Shown here piece by piece: positions 12,177-23,612 of a DNA stretch of 64,000 nt. A program made the translations under genes and the position numbers. Location: assembly GCF_011745625.1 (NCBI RefSeq), contig NW_027191464.1, forward strand, positions 124,001 to 188,000, in the 5' to 3' direction. Origin of the DNA: Cladosporium halotolerans (taxonomy: Eukaryota). Below the pieces are notes generated by a model, which worked only from the letters and a program-made list of their open reading frames with translations, did no database searches and was not told where the DNA came from. The stretch's first letter is position 1, and each line of letters opens with the position of its first letter.

Positions 12177-13954
12177 TCAAACCTTCCTCCCACTCCACTT
12201 CCGCGAGATCGCATCGCGATACCTCTCGATAGTCTCAACCTGCCCCTCGCCAACCCTCCTCTTACAGACAATCCCCAACTCCCCCTCCGGCCCCTCAGGC
12301 AAAACAATCTCAACATCGTGAATCCTATTTCTTTCAGGCGGCATCTTCGCCTCCTCCTCGTCCATCTCCGCCTTCCCACAACCAACCGAGTCCGCCCTAC
12401 CCAGCCCCTCCTCCTCAACCGCCATAACCTCCCTCGCAACCGACGCCGCCAGCGCCGCGTCCCAAATCCCCTCTTTGCAATCCCCATGCTCCAGGAACCG
12501 CACCGCCTCCATCCTGACCTCGCGCACGCGGCACTTCAGCGCGACGAAGTACAGCGGCGTGATCCAGCCCATGTCGGCGACGATGGGAGGCACGGCGGGG
12601 TTGTGCTCCCACTTGGTGCCGGGGCCGTCGTTGAAGACGATCTCGCCGAGCTGGAACGAGTTGCGCATGATGGTCCTGAAATCGTCCGTGAAGCAGTCGA
12701 AGGCCATCTCGCCGTCGAGCCGCAGGCAGGTCGACGCCGTGACGTGCGCGACCAGGTAATAGCTGTGCAGGATCTTGTAGCCCATGGCGGAGACGATGTC
12801 GCGCTTGACGGCGGGCGTGGCAGAGGCTTCGTAGGCGGAGAGCCAGGCGGCGAGGGCGTGTTGGATGCGCGCTTGCTGTTGGAGGGTGTCGGCGCTGGGC
12901 AGGGTGTGGGGGCGCGAGGCGCGGTGGCGCTCGGCGAGGGCGCTGGTTTTGCTGATGAGTTGGTCGAGGCATTTGCGCGCGTGGCTGGGGGAGTTGAAGG
13001 AGACGGGTTGCACGGGGAAGCGCTCGGGGGTGGCGGTGGGGGAGGAAATGGGTTTCTGCCCGAAAAGGCGGGCTTGTAGGTGGAGTCTTGCGAATTGCTC
13101 CGCGAGCCAGTTGTCGACTGATTGTTCGGATTTGCTCATGCTCGGGCATTCTGTGAGGTGTGCGTTGCCGGAGAGAACTCTGAGCTGACCGAGGAGCCGC
13201 AGACCATTGTAGAAGTGGTTCTTGCCGGTTTGATAATGGCCTCGGACAAATTCCAGACAGGTGAAGACAATGCACGCAATGAGTGCCACGCGAATGGACG
13301 CCTTGCTGTTGCTCATGAAATGAGGTTTCAGGCCGGAGATGGCCGAACTGTACTGGCGCAGACAGAACTGCTCATGCTTATCCGGGCTGGCAGAAGTGAG
13401 AGACCGCCTCGTTGATCCCGCAATGGACGAGCTCCTGTGGGCGCAGCTCAAGGCAAGCACCGCGTGAAGGATGGCCGGTTCCGAGACGCTTGCTTGCAAG
13501 ACCAACGTGTCCCAGAAGCCCGAGCCGAAGATGCCGGGCCATTTGCCAGCGGATTGGCCGTGAAACCAGTCAAAGTACGCCCTCTCACTAGCATTCGACA
13601 ACCCAGGGCGTGAAGAGACCCGGGGCACGATTGGGACCGTCAAGGTGGAAGAGTCCGGCGGCGAGTTTGACTGCGCCTTCGCATAGCGCTCGCCATAGCT
13701 GTTGCCGCCACCGCCCCAGATGCCATAGCCGTCGCAGACGCGCCCTGTCGAGACGCAGCGGTGGCACGCCGGGAAGCGCTCGTCACACTTGACTTTCCTC
13801 GCCCTGCCAATTGTAAGCGACAAAGACACAATGGGTGGTGGAAGACGGCTGCGAACAAGTCAACTTACTTGCACGTGCGACAGCCGGTCTTGACTTTAGA
13901 CCTTCCTCGGCGGGAGGGATTGGCGGGCGTTAATGCGATGCTGCATGCGCTCAT
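12177..13954 (-). CDS. Zn(II)2Cys6 transcription factor with fungal C-terminal regulatory domain; exons 13954-13869, 13803-12177
   Basis: SKVKTGCRTCK|ARKVKCDERFPACHRCVSTGRVCDGY cluster split by a GTAAGT..CAG intron; FWDTLVLQASVSEPAILHAVLAL middle region. Confidence 0.92.
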
Positions 13955-14710
13955 GTCCGCAGATCGGGCGCTTGAGCGAGGACGCCGCCTCGCAGCCGTC
14001 GAGAGATTCCCCGCGGCGTTTTGGGAGACGGAATGGTGTCTGGATTAGGGCCTGTGGTGGAGGCAGAAGAGGTGCGCCATCGCGGTGGTGTCACAGCCTG
14101 CGCATCGTCACGGGACTCGAAGGTCTGGAAAGACGGCAAAGGCGATAAAGTTGGGAGGCCTGAAGGATCCCTGAGGATTGCGCGAAGGGGAGTCTCCCAA
14201 AAGCCCTGTGGAGCCCGGCCAGCCAGTTCAGAGCAGAGGTGATGCCGAAGGATCGGGCTAGGGAGTGCTAAGCTGCCAGAGCTCGTGGAACTTGCCGTGT
14301 GCCTCAGCAATGGCCGGCTCTCATTGGGGCGACCACGGCTTCATGTCTGGCACGACTCCACCGCGCCAGGATGATTGTTGCTGGTGCGGTCTGGTTGTTA
14401 CGCGTTGGCCATACGTCAAGTTCATCCATTCTTGCAACAATATGACGGTGAAATTTGTCGCTTATCATTAGAATCTAATCATCGTGTGCTGCACCACCGT
14501 GCTGATCATAATACTCCAGGTGCTCGCGGGAAACACGCTTCAAACAATCTCGCGTAAACTAACCCTGCCCGGCTCCACAAGCCTCTGTATAGTCCAGGCA
14601 AAAATAGACATGCAATTCCTGGACGCCTTGAAAATAAAGCGCTCTCAACTCCAACCTCAGCTGCGTTGACATCAGCAGAACACCTAGCATGGATCCTGTC
14701 CAGCCGCCCT

Positions 14711-15598
14711 CTACGCGCCCGCGACACTGTTGAGCACACCGCCGTCGACGGCGATGATCTGGCCATTGACATACTCGTTCTTCGCCAAATACAGCACCGT
14801 CATGCCCATCTCCTCGTCGCGCCCGCCACGCATGGCAGGCACATGGCCCTTCTCCTGCACCTTCTCCGCCGGCAGCGCGCTCTTCTGGTTATCGTCCGAG
14901 CTCTTCGCCGTCATCTCCGACGGGAAGTAGCCGGGCGCGATACTGTTGACGCGGATCCAGGCGCGCTGGAACTCGGCGCTCATCAGCTTCGTGAGGTGGA
15001 CCGTCGCGCCCTTGGCGGCGTTGTAGCTGAAGTGGCCCTGGGCGTGGCGCATGAGGCCGCTCATGGACGAGATGGTGATGACGCTGGCGGCGAAGCGCGG
15101 CAGCGGGCCCTTGGGCTGCACGGCGGCCTGCAGCAGCGGCAGGAAGGCGACGGTCGTGAAGTAGACGCTGGTCACGTCGGCGCTGAACGTCTCGTTCCAG
15201 TCCTCGACGCTCTCGTTCTCCCACAGCTTAGCCTTCAGGTCGCCGGCGTCGTCGTGCTCGGGCTCGGCTTTGGGGCCGGGCACGCCTGCGTTGCAGATGA
15301 GCAGGTTGATGTACTTCTCTTTGCTCTCGAGCTCCTTGACGGTGCGCTCGAGGTCTTCCTTCTTGCGCACGTCGCAAGGGCCGATGGGGATGATCTTGCC
15401 GCCCTTGTCGGGGTCGTGGGACTTCGCGGCCTTCTCGAGCGCCTCAGTGCGGCGGCCGGTGATGTAGACTTTGGCGCCGTTGGCCGCGAGGGCCTGCGAG
15501 GCCATGAGGCCGATGCCAGTGCCGCCGCCGGTCACGACGCAGGTGAAGCCCTCGAAGTTGAACAGCTTGTTCGCGTCGAAGTGGTGGGTTGCCGCCAT
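14711..15598 (-). CDS. Short-chain dehydrogenase/reductase (SDR)
   Basis: TGGGTGIG cofactor motif, NAG, SSMSG, YNAAK catalytic motif, IRVNSIAPG, NGQIIAVDGG. Confidence 0.95.
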   Translation of the reverse strand: MAATHHFDANKLFNFEGFTCVVTGGGTGIGLMASQALAANGAKVYITGRRTEALEKAAKSHDPDKGGKIIPIGPCDVRKKEDLERTVKELESKEKYINLLICNAGVPGPKAEPEHDDAGDLKAKLWENESVEDWNETFSADVTSVYFTTVAFLPLLQAAVQPKGPLPRFAASVITISSMSGLMRHAQGHFSYNAAKGATVHLTKLMSAEFQRAWIRVNSIAPGYFPSEMTAKSSDDNQKSALPAEKVQEKGHVPAMRGGRDEEMGMTVLYLAKNEYVNGQIIAVDGGVLNSVAGA

Positions 15599-16427
15599 GC
15601 TGAGATTCGGTCGTTCCTGGCTGGTCTCGGTTTCGTATAAGTGTTTGTTCTGTTGATTTGGAGTTTTACTGATGAAGGTGAATTTGTAGGGTGTCGACCA
15701 GAGCTTCTACTTGCCACTGAGGATTTTTCCGTGCCATCATGAGTTCACCATACGAATGCGCCGCCATTGGGACGGACCACTATGCGCGTTTCATGACGTC
15801 AGAAAACGATCGGCAGCATTGAGTGATGCGCGAGCACGTGAAAATCTGCTAGGATAGAGCTTCTTCTAACGAACGTCAATGTGAAAGTTATGACACCTAG
15901 TTGTGGGCAAGCGTGTATCGCTCCATGCTGACTCCAGTCGGTTGCGAGAACATGGGCATTCTGAAAACTTGATCGTTGCGAATAGGTATCTCGATGAACT
16001 GAACAAAAACTCCCACATCTGTCTCTGACACTCTTCCCGTAGCCTCCTGGGCTACGACTCAGTCCCCTTCTGATGTTGGCTTCGACAAAACCTTCTGCTC
16101 CAATCCCGCAAATCTCCAAACCCTCGTCCCATTACGTCCACCATCATCTAAGGTAGAGTTGCTCTCCCTTGGCGAATTGTCCTTCCTTGTCGCGGTTTTC
16201 CGAGCGAGGACTCCGGATCTGTAGAAGTCCTTATTCCTGCAAAAGATGGCTGGCCACTCAACCGCCAAATTGCGCTGCAATCACGGGCGAGCCTTCACTG
16301 TGCGCCCCCAAAGCGCGGTACTCGCCCGAAACTGTACCCTTTATCTCAATAATGGTGTTCGCCAACTGGCACTGGCGATGTCCTTTTCAGTTCTCTCACT
16401 CGTACAGTCCTTGTCCCCACAGTGATC

Positions 16428-17741
16428 TCAATCCATCTTCCAGTGCAGCCCATCGTCATTCTCCTTCCCAAGATAAAGCTCCACAGCGTACAGCGCCATC
16501 GTACCAGCCAGATTTGCCCACCGCCACGCATTGCCGCCACCCTCGCCGCCCTGCGTTGTCCACCATTCGCCCGGGTGATCCGCCGAGGCGGAGGCGAAGT
16601 GCTGCATGAGCAAGCTCGTGTAGACGGCGATCAGGATGCTGGGGCTGAAGTAGGAGAGGAATGCCATGGCACCGCCGACACCGTCGCTGTCTTCGAGCGA
16701 GGGCGATTCGGATAGCGCGCGGGCGCCGGATTCGCGGACTGCGGGGATGATGCGCGCGGCGCTGTAGAGGACTGCGAGGCGGTAGGCGAGCGAGATGATG
16801 ACGGAGGGCGTGATGGTTTTGACGGCTGCCACGACGAAGCCGAACGCTGAGTGCAGTGCTGTGGGTAGGGTAGAGAGCGCCTGGAGGATCGTGGTGTATG
16901 ATGCCATAAGGACGGGCGGGAGGGGCGGGAAATCGTCCGTTGAAGGAGGCAGTGGCACAGGTGCCGCGTCCGAGGAGGGTTGGTAGTCGGTGAAAATCTG
17001 GTAAATGCAAAGCGTGATGTATGCGAACAAAAGAGAGGATTCCACGACGTTGCCGCGTCCGGAGCCAATACCCCAGGCGCAGAGAAAGAAGGCGCAGGTG
17101 ATGGCAATGCCGATAAGGATCGCGTCCTGGCTGTCGATGCCAGGGAAAGTGGTAATGCGCCAGATAAAGTAGAACGAGCTGCTGAGAATGCTCGCAGACA
17201 GGACGAGCAGGCCGATCATCCAGCCGTCTCCGCCTTCACCGTTGACGAGGTAGCGAGTAACTTGTCCAGCGGCCTGGATTACGAGCAAGCTGCAGAAGCC
17301 TTCGACTAGCTGAAAGACCGGTGTCGAGTACCTGAGCAGCTTATCCCACGACCCAAGAGTAGTCATCTCCAGCAAGCCTTCCCGACCGAATACCCAATCT
17401 TTCATGCTTGCATTCTGCTGCAGCGGCTTGGTAGCGTTGTAGAATGCCCTCGACACCCAGCTCGGCTCCTCCTCGCCCTCAACGCTGAACTTGTTCAAAG
17501 ACCAGATGAGCAAGGTGGGTATGACGATCACCTGCAAGCTAGCCAGGAATCGCACGCCTGCTTTCCGCCATCTTGACTCGGCGGGTGTCGCGACGCGGAG
17601 GCAGCTCAGGAAGAAGTAGTAGGAAGCCAGGGACAGGCTGAAGGCCAGGCCGCACGCTCGGCCGCCGACATCGAAGGCGAGAGGGATGGTGAAGACGATG
17701 GCGAAGAGGAAGAGCGCGGCGCCGAGGAATCGGAGGATCAT
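16428..17741 (-). CDS. ICE2: ER membrane protein Ice2
   Basis: Multi-TM protein with IPLAFDVGGRACGLAFSLSL, STPVFQLVEGFCSLLVIQAAGQ and SPSILIAVYTSLLMQH, typical of the Ice2 family. Confidence 0.9.
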   Translation of the reverse strand: MILRFLGAALFLFAIVFTIPLAFDVGGRACGLAFSLSLASYYFFLSCLRVATPAESRWRKAGVRFLASLQVIVIPTLLIWSLNKFSVEGEEEPSWVSRAFYNATKPLQQNASMKDWVFGREGLLEMTTLGSWDKLLRYSTPVFQLVEGFCSLLVIQAAGQVTRYLVNGEGGDGWMIGLLVLSASILSSSFYFIWRITTFPGIDSQDAILIGIAITCAFFLCAWGIGSGRGNVVESSLLFAYITLCIYQIFTDYQPSSDAAPVPLPPSTDDFPPLPPVLMASYTTILQALSTLPTALHSAFGFVVAAVKTITPSVIISLAYRLAVLYSAARIIPAVRESGARALSESPSLEDSDGVGGAMAFLSYFSPSILIAVYTSLLMQHFASASADHPGEWWTTQGGEGGGNAWRWANLAGTMALYAVELYLGKENDDGLHWKMD

Positions 17742-18672
17742 GCTTCAGCAGGCGGGGTGCGCTTTGCACAGGCGGGCAGTGGGAGCGGTCTCAGGTGGTG
17801 GAGGAAAAGGCGCGCGGGCGCCGTGGTGGTGTCGGGAGCACCAGCGGCTCTTGAAGGGCTGAAGAGCAGCGACGTCGCGTGGTGGCTCTTCGCGTGCTTC
17901 CGCTGACCGCTCCTTCTCTCGTCGTTCTCCCGCAGCGGAGTGGGGCGGGCTGGCTGGCGGTGGTTGTGATGCAGAAATAGGGCGCGGCGCGACTATAACA
18001 GGCGGGGCGCGAGCAGTCTGCGGTGCGGTCGGCGCAGGGCGATGCGGCGCACGTAGGGGGTACGGGCGAGGACGGCGGGCAAAACTGCAGCTGGCAGGCG
18101 GCTGCTCGACTGTGCGACCTAAATACCGGGCAGCGGACAGAGCGCTGCAATAGAATCTTGCGGGTGTCGCGTGTACACACACCTCACCGCGCAAGCCGGC
18201 TGCAGGCCTGCAAGCAGGATTTCTGGCCCGCGATCCACAGCGCCTGGATGGCCTCAACACCATTCACCCTCGCTGCGCTGCGCTGATGCCGCCACGGACT
18301 GCTTCTGCGCTGTTCGCGCGTGTCACTATGCCATTCCCCAGAGGTGTTATTCACTGCTCTCTACCTGCACTCCACCCATAGTGTGCCGCACATATCATCA
18401 GACGTGGCCGCGTGAGGCGGCTGTCGCTACCGCTGCGGCCGCACACGCGCGTGCCTGCAATTCACTTCGCCGGGCCCAGCCTTCTCGCCTTTCACATGCC
18501 TGCGCGACTAGACTTTCGCTTGCTCCCGCAAGCCTGACAGCCCGCCGTGACTCGCGCGGACCCTGTCGCTTGACCTGCTCCAAACGTTGATGATGACCGC
18601 GGCCTGAGGAAAAGCTCATAGTCGGGTGAAGCCAGAGGCGGCGGCATTGGACGACGCTGCTAGAGTGGATAC

Positions 18673-19911
18673 ATGAGGCCAGCATTCGCGACCGCCATAG
18701 CTCGCTCGAGAATTTCCCTGTTGCCCAAACACCCTAGGCTCGCCTTCATACCTCCCCCGGCAATCCAATCTCCCTCCCTTCACCGACCCTTCGTCCGCCC
18801 TCACATGTCCGAGCCCGAGGCTAAGCGCATCAAGATGGCAGACGGCACCAAAGCTCCCGTCATCGGCACTCACAACGGCCACTTCCACGCCGACGAGGCT
18901 CTGGCCGTGTACCTCCTCCGTCTTCTCCCCCAGTACGCCAACAGCTCGCTCATCCGCACCCGCGATGCCGAAGTCCTCAAGACCTGCGACATCGTCTGCG
19001 ACGTCGGCGGCGTCCACGACCACGATGCGAAGAGATACGACCACCACCAGCGCGAGTTCAACGCCGTCTTCCCCGGCAGCGCGACCAAGCTGAGCAGCGC
19101 CGGCCTCGTCTGGATGCACTACGGCAAGGACATCATTGCTTCCGTCACCGGCCTCGCGACCTCGGACGCCAACAACGACCTCCTCTACAACAAGCTCTAC
19201 GCCGACTTCATCGAGGCCTTCGACGCCAACGACAACGGCATCCCCATCTACGACCCCGCCGCCCTTCGCAGCGCCGGTATCGAGAAGCGTTTCTCCGACA
19301 AGGGCTTCAGCATGGCCGGCGTCGTCAACCGCTTCAACTACGCCGCCACCGAGCCCCGCAACGCCGCCAAAGCCAGCGTCAGCGCCGACGCGCCCGCAGC
19401 CCCGAAGCAAAAGACCCAGGAGGAAGAAGACACCCGCTTCCAGAAAGCCAGCCACTTCGTCGGCGAGCAGTTCGTCGCGGAGCTGCTCGACAAGGCCGGC
19501 TCCTGGCTGCCCGCGCGCGAAGTCGTCAAGCAAGCCTTTGCCGACCGCGCGCAGTACGACGCCCAGGGCCGCATCATCGTCATCCCCTGGAAGCCCGAGG
19601 GCGTGCCCTGGATGGAGCACCTGTACAACCTGGAGGAGGAGAACGGCGCCAAGGGTGCCGTGCTGTATGCGCTGTTCGCGGAGAGCGGCGAGCCGGACAG
19701 CAAGTGGCGCATCCGCGCGGTCTCCCTTGAGCCCGGCAGCTTTGAGAACAGGAAGGGCTTGCCTGAGGCTTGGAGGGGTGTGAGGGACGAGGAGCTGAGC
19801 AAGGTTTCTGGCATTCCGGGTGCGATTTTCGTCCACGCCAGTGGGTTTATTGGTGGCAATGCTTCGTTTGATGGTGCGCTGCAGATGGCTAAGCAGAGTG
19901 TCGATATGTGA
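18673..19911 (+). CDS. MYG1: MYG1-family metal-dependent exonuclease/hydrolase (second in-frame start at 18805)
   Basis: IGTHNGHFHADEAL, IRTRD, DVGG, DHHQ, KLSSAGLV, DANDNG, LPEAWRG, FVHASGFIGG. Confidence 0.95.
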   Translation: MRPAFATAIARSRISLLPKHPRLAFIPPPAIQSPSLHRPFVRPHMSEPEAKRIKMADGTKAPVIGTHNGHFHADEALAVYLLRLLPQYANSSLIRTRDAEVLKTCDIVCDVGGVHDHDAKRYDHHQREFNAVFPGSATKLSSAGLVWMHYGKDIIASVTGLATSDANNDLLYNKLYADFIEAFDANDNGIPIYDPAALRSAGIEKRFSDKGFSMAGVVNRFNYAATEPRNAAKASVSADAPAAPKQKTQEEEDTRFQKASHFVGEQFVAELLDKAGSWLPAREVVKQAFADRAQYDAQGRIIVIPWKPEGVPWMEHLYNLEEENGAKGAVLYALFAESGEPDSKWRIRAVSLEPGSFENRKGLPEAWRGVRDEELSKVSGIPGAIFVHASGFIGGNASFDGALQMAKQSVDM

Positions 19912-20463
19912 GGTGGGAATATGAAGAAGTCATGATACGAACATGGGACGAAATGGGACAAGATGAGGCATGGGAGATACTAAAAGGCTGGAAAAAGCGG
20001 CTTTTCCGACTTGCATGGTCAGCACTCATGTGACTGGGCACCTTTGAATGATTACGAAAATCCGAAATGAGGAACACAACTCTTCGAAGACTCACATCCA
20101 CCTTTGCAACCGAGAGGAGCCTCATCCCACCACTTTTTCACGATGATCCTGTTCTGAGTAGAGAATTTCGGCTGTATATGCTCGCTGGACGCTAGACGAA
20201 CCATTTGCTTTGATGTCTGGCGTCGGCAAGCTCTGATGTAACGCTATCCTTGAGGTCACACAGAGTCGAGCTTTGAAGGCACTGACAAGCAGCTTCCCGA
20301 CAAATGGACGTAGTCGACCCTTGCACCGCAGCAAACTCGTGTCCGCGAGGCGCAGCGCGATCGCAAAGACAAATGACTTTTCCCGTCAAATACCTCCCGT
20401 CTGCGATACTTCTCCTGCACCGCTCAGCACTTTCCCTCCTTGCCCTGGCACCCTAGTCCAAAA

Positions 20464-21403
20464 ATGTCTGAGATTGCGCTAACGACGGTCTTCACGCCCC
20501 CAGCATCGTGCTTGGATAACAGCTTCACTTTGTATGGCGCAAACGTATACGTCAAAGATGTCAAAGTCAAATCGACGGAGTGCTATCCGTCTGGCTTTCG
20601 CGCGATCTGGTCGAAGAACTTGCCTTTCTCACCAGGTCAATGCCCGTTGAACTACGCTATCGCGTCTTCGACGACATCTTACGGCACCAACAACGTCACA
20701 GCGGCGTTATGCTGTCCATCGTAAGGCAACGGGCTCTTTAAGTCAGGACGAGCTAACTCTGTCTAGGTCCATGACTGCTCATGGCGGCGGTGAGCTTGGC
20801 TGCTTCACGCACGTTGACTCTCCAACGTCGTTAGCTCTGCCAACGGGAGGCACAATCGTTCAGGATGTCATGCTGGGCGTCCACGGAATCTTCGTCGCCT
20901 GGGCTTCCAGCGATTCTCTCGTACCTCATTCGACTGCCGCCATTGCAACCGCTACCTCAACATCAGCTTCGCTCACAACGACAATCTCGCCCTCCAGCTC
21001 GTCAACTTCGACAGGCACATCTCTCAGCCCTTCTGGTACCACTTCGGAGCGCCCTAATTCCACCTCCTCCAACGCAGCCGAAGCCAACTCCAGCCCCAAT
21101 CTCACCACCGACCCCACCCCGAAACTCACACCCAGCACCATCATCGGCATCAGTGCCGGCGCCGTGGCAGGTGCCCTGGGTCTCATCGGCCTTACCGCCC
21201 TTGCCGTTCTCTGCCGCCGCCGCCAACGCCGCAGACTATCGAATGAGAACCTGGAGGTCCGCGTCTTCGACTCGGCGACGGAGTTCTATGACGACAAGCG
21301 GAGGTGGTCTGTTGCGTCGTCGGACGTGGCGGGTGCTGTAGGGGTGGCGGAGGCGGATTCAAGGCCTGTTGTTGAAGGAAGGGCGGAGTTGGAGGGGGAT
21401 TGA
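20464..21403 (+). CDS. Single-pass membrane protein with Cys-containing N-terminal domain and S/T-rich stalk (Mid2/Wsc-like architecture); exons 20464-20720, 20767-21403
   Basis: LTTVFTPPASC…CYPSG…FSPGQCP…CCPS ectodomain, S/T stalk, TM IIGISAGAVAGALGLIGLTALAVLC followed by RRRQRRR, C-terminal AEADS/AELEG motifs. A GTAAGG..CTAAC..TAG intron restores the frame. Confidence 0.8.
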
Positions 21404-21743
21404 TGGGGGCGAGAGGTGGCTTGATTGCCATGTAGGTCAGAAGGGTATACTAACCCTCAGTTTAGCGTTGCAAATGTAGTGGTAGGACAGTAGATTTACA
21501 AAGGATCCCGAAGATGTCGTACATTCATCGAAAGGTGTCACGGGATGAGCTTCCCTTGTCTCGCTTGGTCCATCAAGCTGGTGGCATGTGGCGTTCGGCG
21601 GCGCCTCGTTTAGCCGCATGTTCAGCTGAACATCACATACCTCTTCCAAATTTCTTTTTCGCAAACTATACTGATAAAGAACAAAACAAGGCGAAATGCT
21701 AAGCCTTAGCAGAAAGCTTAATTCACCGGCTCGATAGTCAAAC

Positions 21744-23015
21744 ATGCGTCTAATTAACACCACAACCCTCGCCTTCGAGGAGTTCTTCCAACCGCCAGAA
21801 TACGCCATCCTCTCTCACCGCTGGGGCTCCGACGAAGTTACTTTCGAGCAATACGCGAGTGGGAAAATCCCAGACGGTCCTGGTCAACGTAAAGTCCTTG
21901 ACTGCTGCAACCTGGCCCGGTCTCGCGGCCGCGGATACGTCTGGATCGACACCTGCTGCATCGACAAGAGGAGCAGCGCCGAGCTCTCAGAGACCATCAA
22001 CTCCATGTGGGATTGGTACGCCAATGCTCGCGAGTGCTACGCGTATCTAGCGGATGTGTCGCCCTGTGCACCTGACTACGACGAATCCAAGCCGCTCAAT
22101 GCGAACGGCCGGAGAGCGAGCGAATGGTTCTCGCGCGGCTGGACTCTCCAAGAACTCCTCGCGCCTCGCGTCGTAGTCTTCTGCGACACCACCTGGCACA
22201 TCATCGGCAAAAAGCAAGACGCCCTCATCCTCTCCGAAGTCTCCCGCATAACCTCCATCCCCACCTCCTGCCTCGCCTCCCAATTCTCCCTCAGCAACGC
22301 CTGCGTCGCGCAGAAACTCAGCTGGGCCTCCCGCCGCTCCACGACCCGCCGCGAGGACATCGCGTACTGCCTGCTCGGGCTGCTGGGCATCAACATGCCG
22401 CTGCTGTACGGCGAAGGGAGCAAAGCGTTCCTGCGCCTGCAGCAGGAGATCGTGCGGCAGACGGATGACGAGTCGGTTTTCGCGTGGCGCTACGCCGCGC
22501 CGCCCGTCGGCTACCGCTCGGGCATCCTCGCGCCGGGCGTCGAGTTCTTCGCGCACTCGGGCTCTGTGCGGCTGCTGGAGGCGTACCGAGATCCGTATGT
22601 GATAACGAATAAGGGGTTAGATTTGAGGGTTTCTTGCGTGAGGGTGGAGGGGACGGATGTCTATCTGATCCCGCTCAATTGTCAGTATGGTGGGACGGCG
22701 GAGACGAGGCCGCTGCATAGGTGTTATGTTGCTGTTCAGGAGGAGCGGGTGAGCCAGTTGTTTTCGAGGGTTGCGGTGGAAGGGTTGGGGCATCATCTTT
22801 TCCAGCTGTATTCGAAGGAGTTGCATCAGCCGACGACGAGAAGGTTCATTATTCGGTCTTTGAGATGGCAGAACGAGTATGAGCCTGCCAATGCGATAGT
22901 GCAGTCATTTGTACAGAGGTTGCGAGAGAAGAAGAGACAGAAGCTGATCGAGAGAGTGGTCGAATCCGGACGTCGGCTGCCGGTCGTCGATAGTGATCTG
23001 GTATCCCAAGCTTGA
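21744..23015 (+). CDS. Stand-alone HET-domain protein (heterokaryon-incompatibility family)
   Basis: MRLINTTTL…YAILSHRWG…EVTF…YVWIDTCCIDKRSSAELSETINSMWDWY…CYAYLADV…WFSRGWTLQELLAP…TTRREDIAYCLLGLLGINMPLLYGEG. No NACHT or WD40/ankyrin/TPR repeats. Confidence 0.95.
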   Translation: MRLINTTTLAFEEFFQPPEYAILSHRWGSDEVTFEQYASGKIPDGPGQRKVLDCCNLARSRGRGYVWIDTCCIDKRSSAELSETINSMWDWYANARECYAYLADVSPCAPDYDESKPLNANGRRASEWFSRGWTLQELLAPRVVVFCDTTWHIIGKKQDALILSEVSRITSIPTSCLASQFSLSNACVAQKLSWASRRSTTRREDIAYCLLGLLGINMPLLYGEGSKAFLRLQQEIVRQTDDESVFAWRYAAPPVGYRSGILAPGVEFFAHSGSVRLLEAYRDPYVITNKGLDLRVSCVRVEGTDVYLIPLNCQYGGTAETRPLHRCYVAVQEERVSQLFSRVAVEGLGHHLFQLYSKELHQPTTRRFIIRSLRWQNEYEPANAIVQSFVQRLREKKRQKLIERVVESGRRLPVVDSDLVSQA

Positions 23016-23612
23016 TTGTTCGCTCCAAATCCAGTACATCATTCCTGAGTATGTTTCCGATGGTATGGTCCTGTCGATCATCAATAGTGTTGCATCCACT
23101 CCTAAAAAAGCTGTGATCAATACGCAACCCTCACGCGATGCTGACCTAGCCAATGCCCTGAACCTAGCCAGGAAACGAGGCCCGCGTGCTCCTACGCTTC
23201 GTGAAAGGAGCTCCTTAAACCCATTACAATCGATCGTTAAATCAACTCAATACACAGCAAACCACACGCTCTGCCTCAAGCGAAGCATCACACCTCACTC
23301 CATCGCCCTCGTCGACGCTCAGCAGTCGTTCCTTCCACGCCAGCATGCAGCACCGCGCTCCTTCCCAACAACGCTTCTTGACAACCGTCTCCCAGGGCGC
23401 CAGGCGATTGATCAATATCAACTCGATGGCGGGCTCCCTCGACCGCTCTCTTCCCCTCCTCATGCACAGCATCCCCCTTGACCACATATCAATCTGCTCA
23501 CAAGCACTCTGATACCGCGATCAATATCTGAAAACAAGCATTCCATTGCTTCGCTTTTGGATAACAAACTCCTCCCCCCCTCTCCCTTTTCTCCCTTCGC
23601 GTGCCTGCCGCA

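Noticed and set aside
11615..12487. 290-aa minus-strand ORF overlapping the TF 3' end
   Set aside because: An alternative frame of the TF plus 3' UTR; R/G-rich with no domain.
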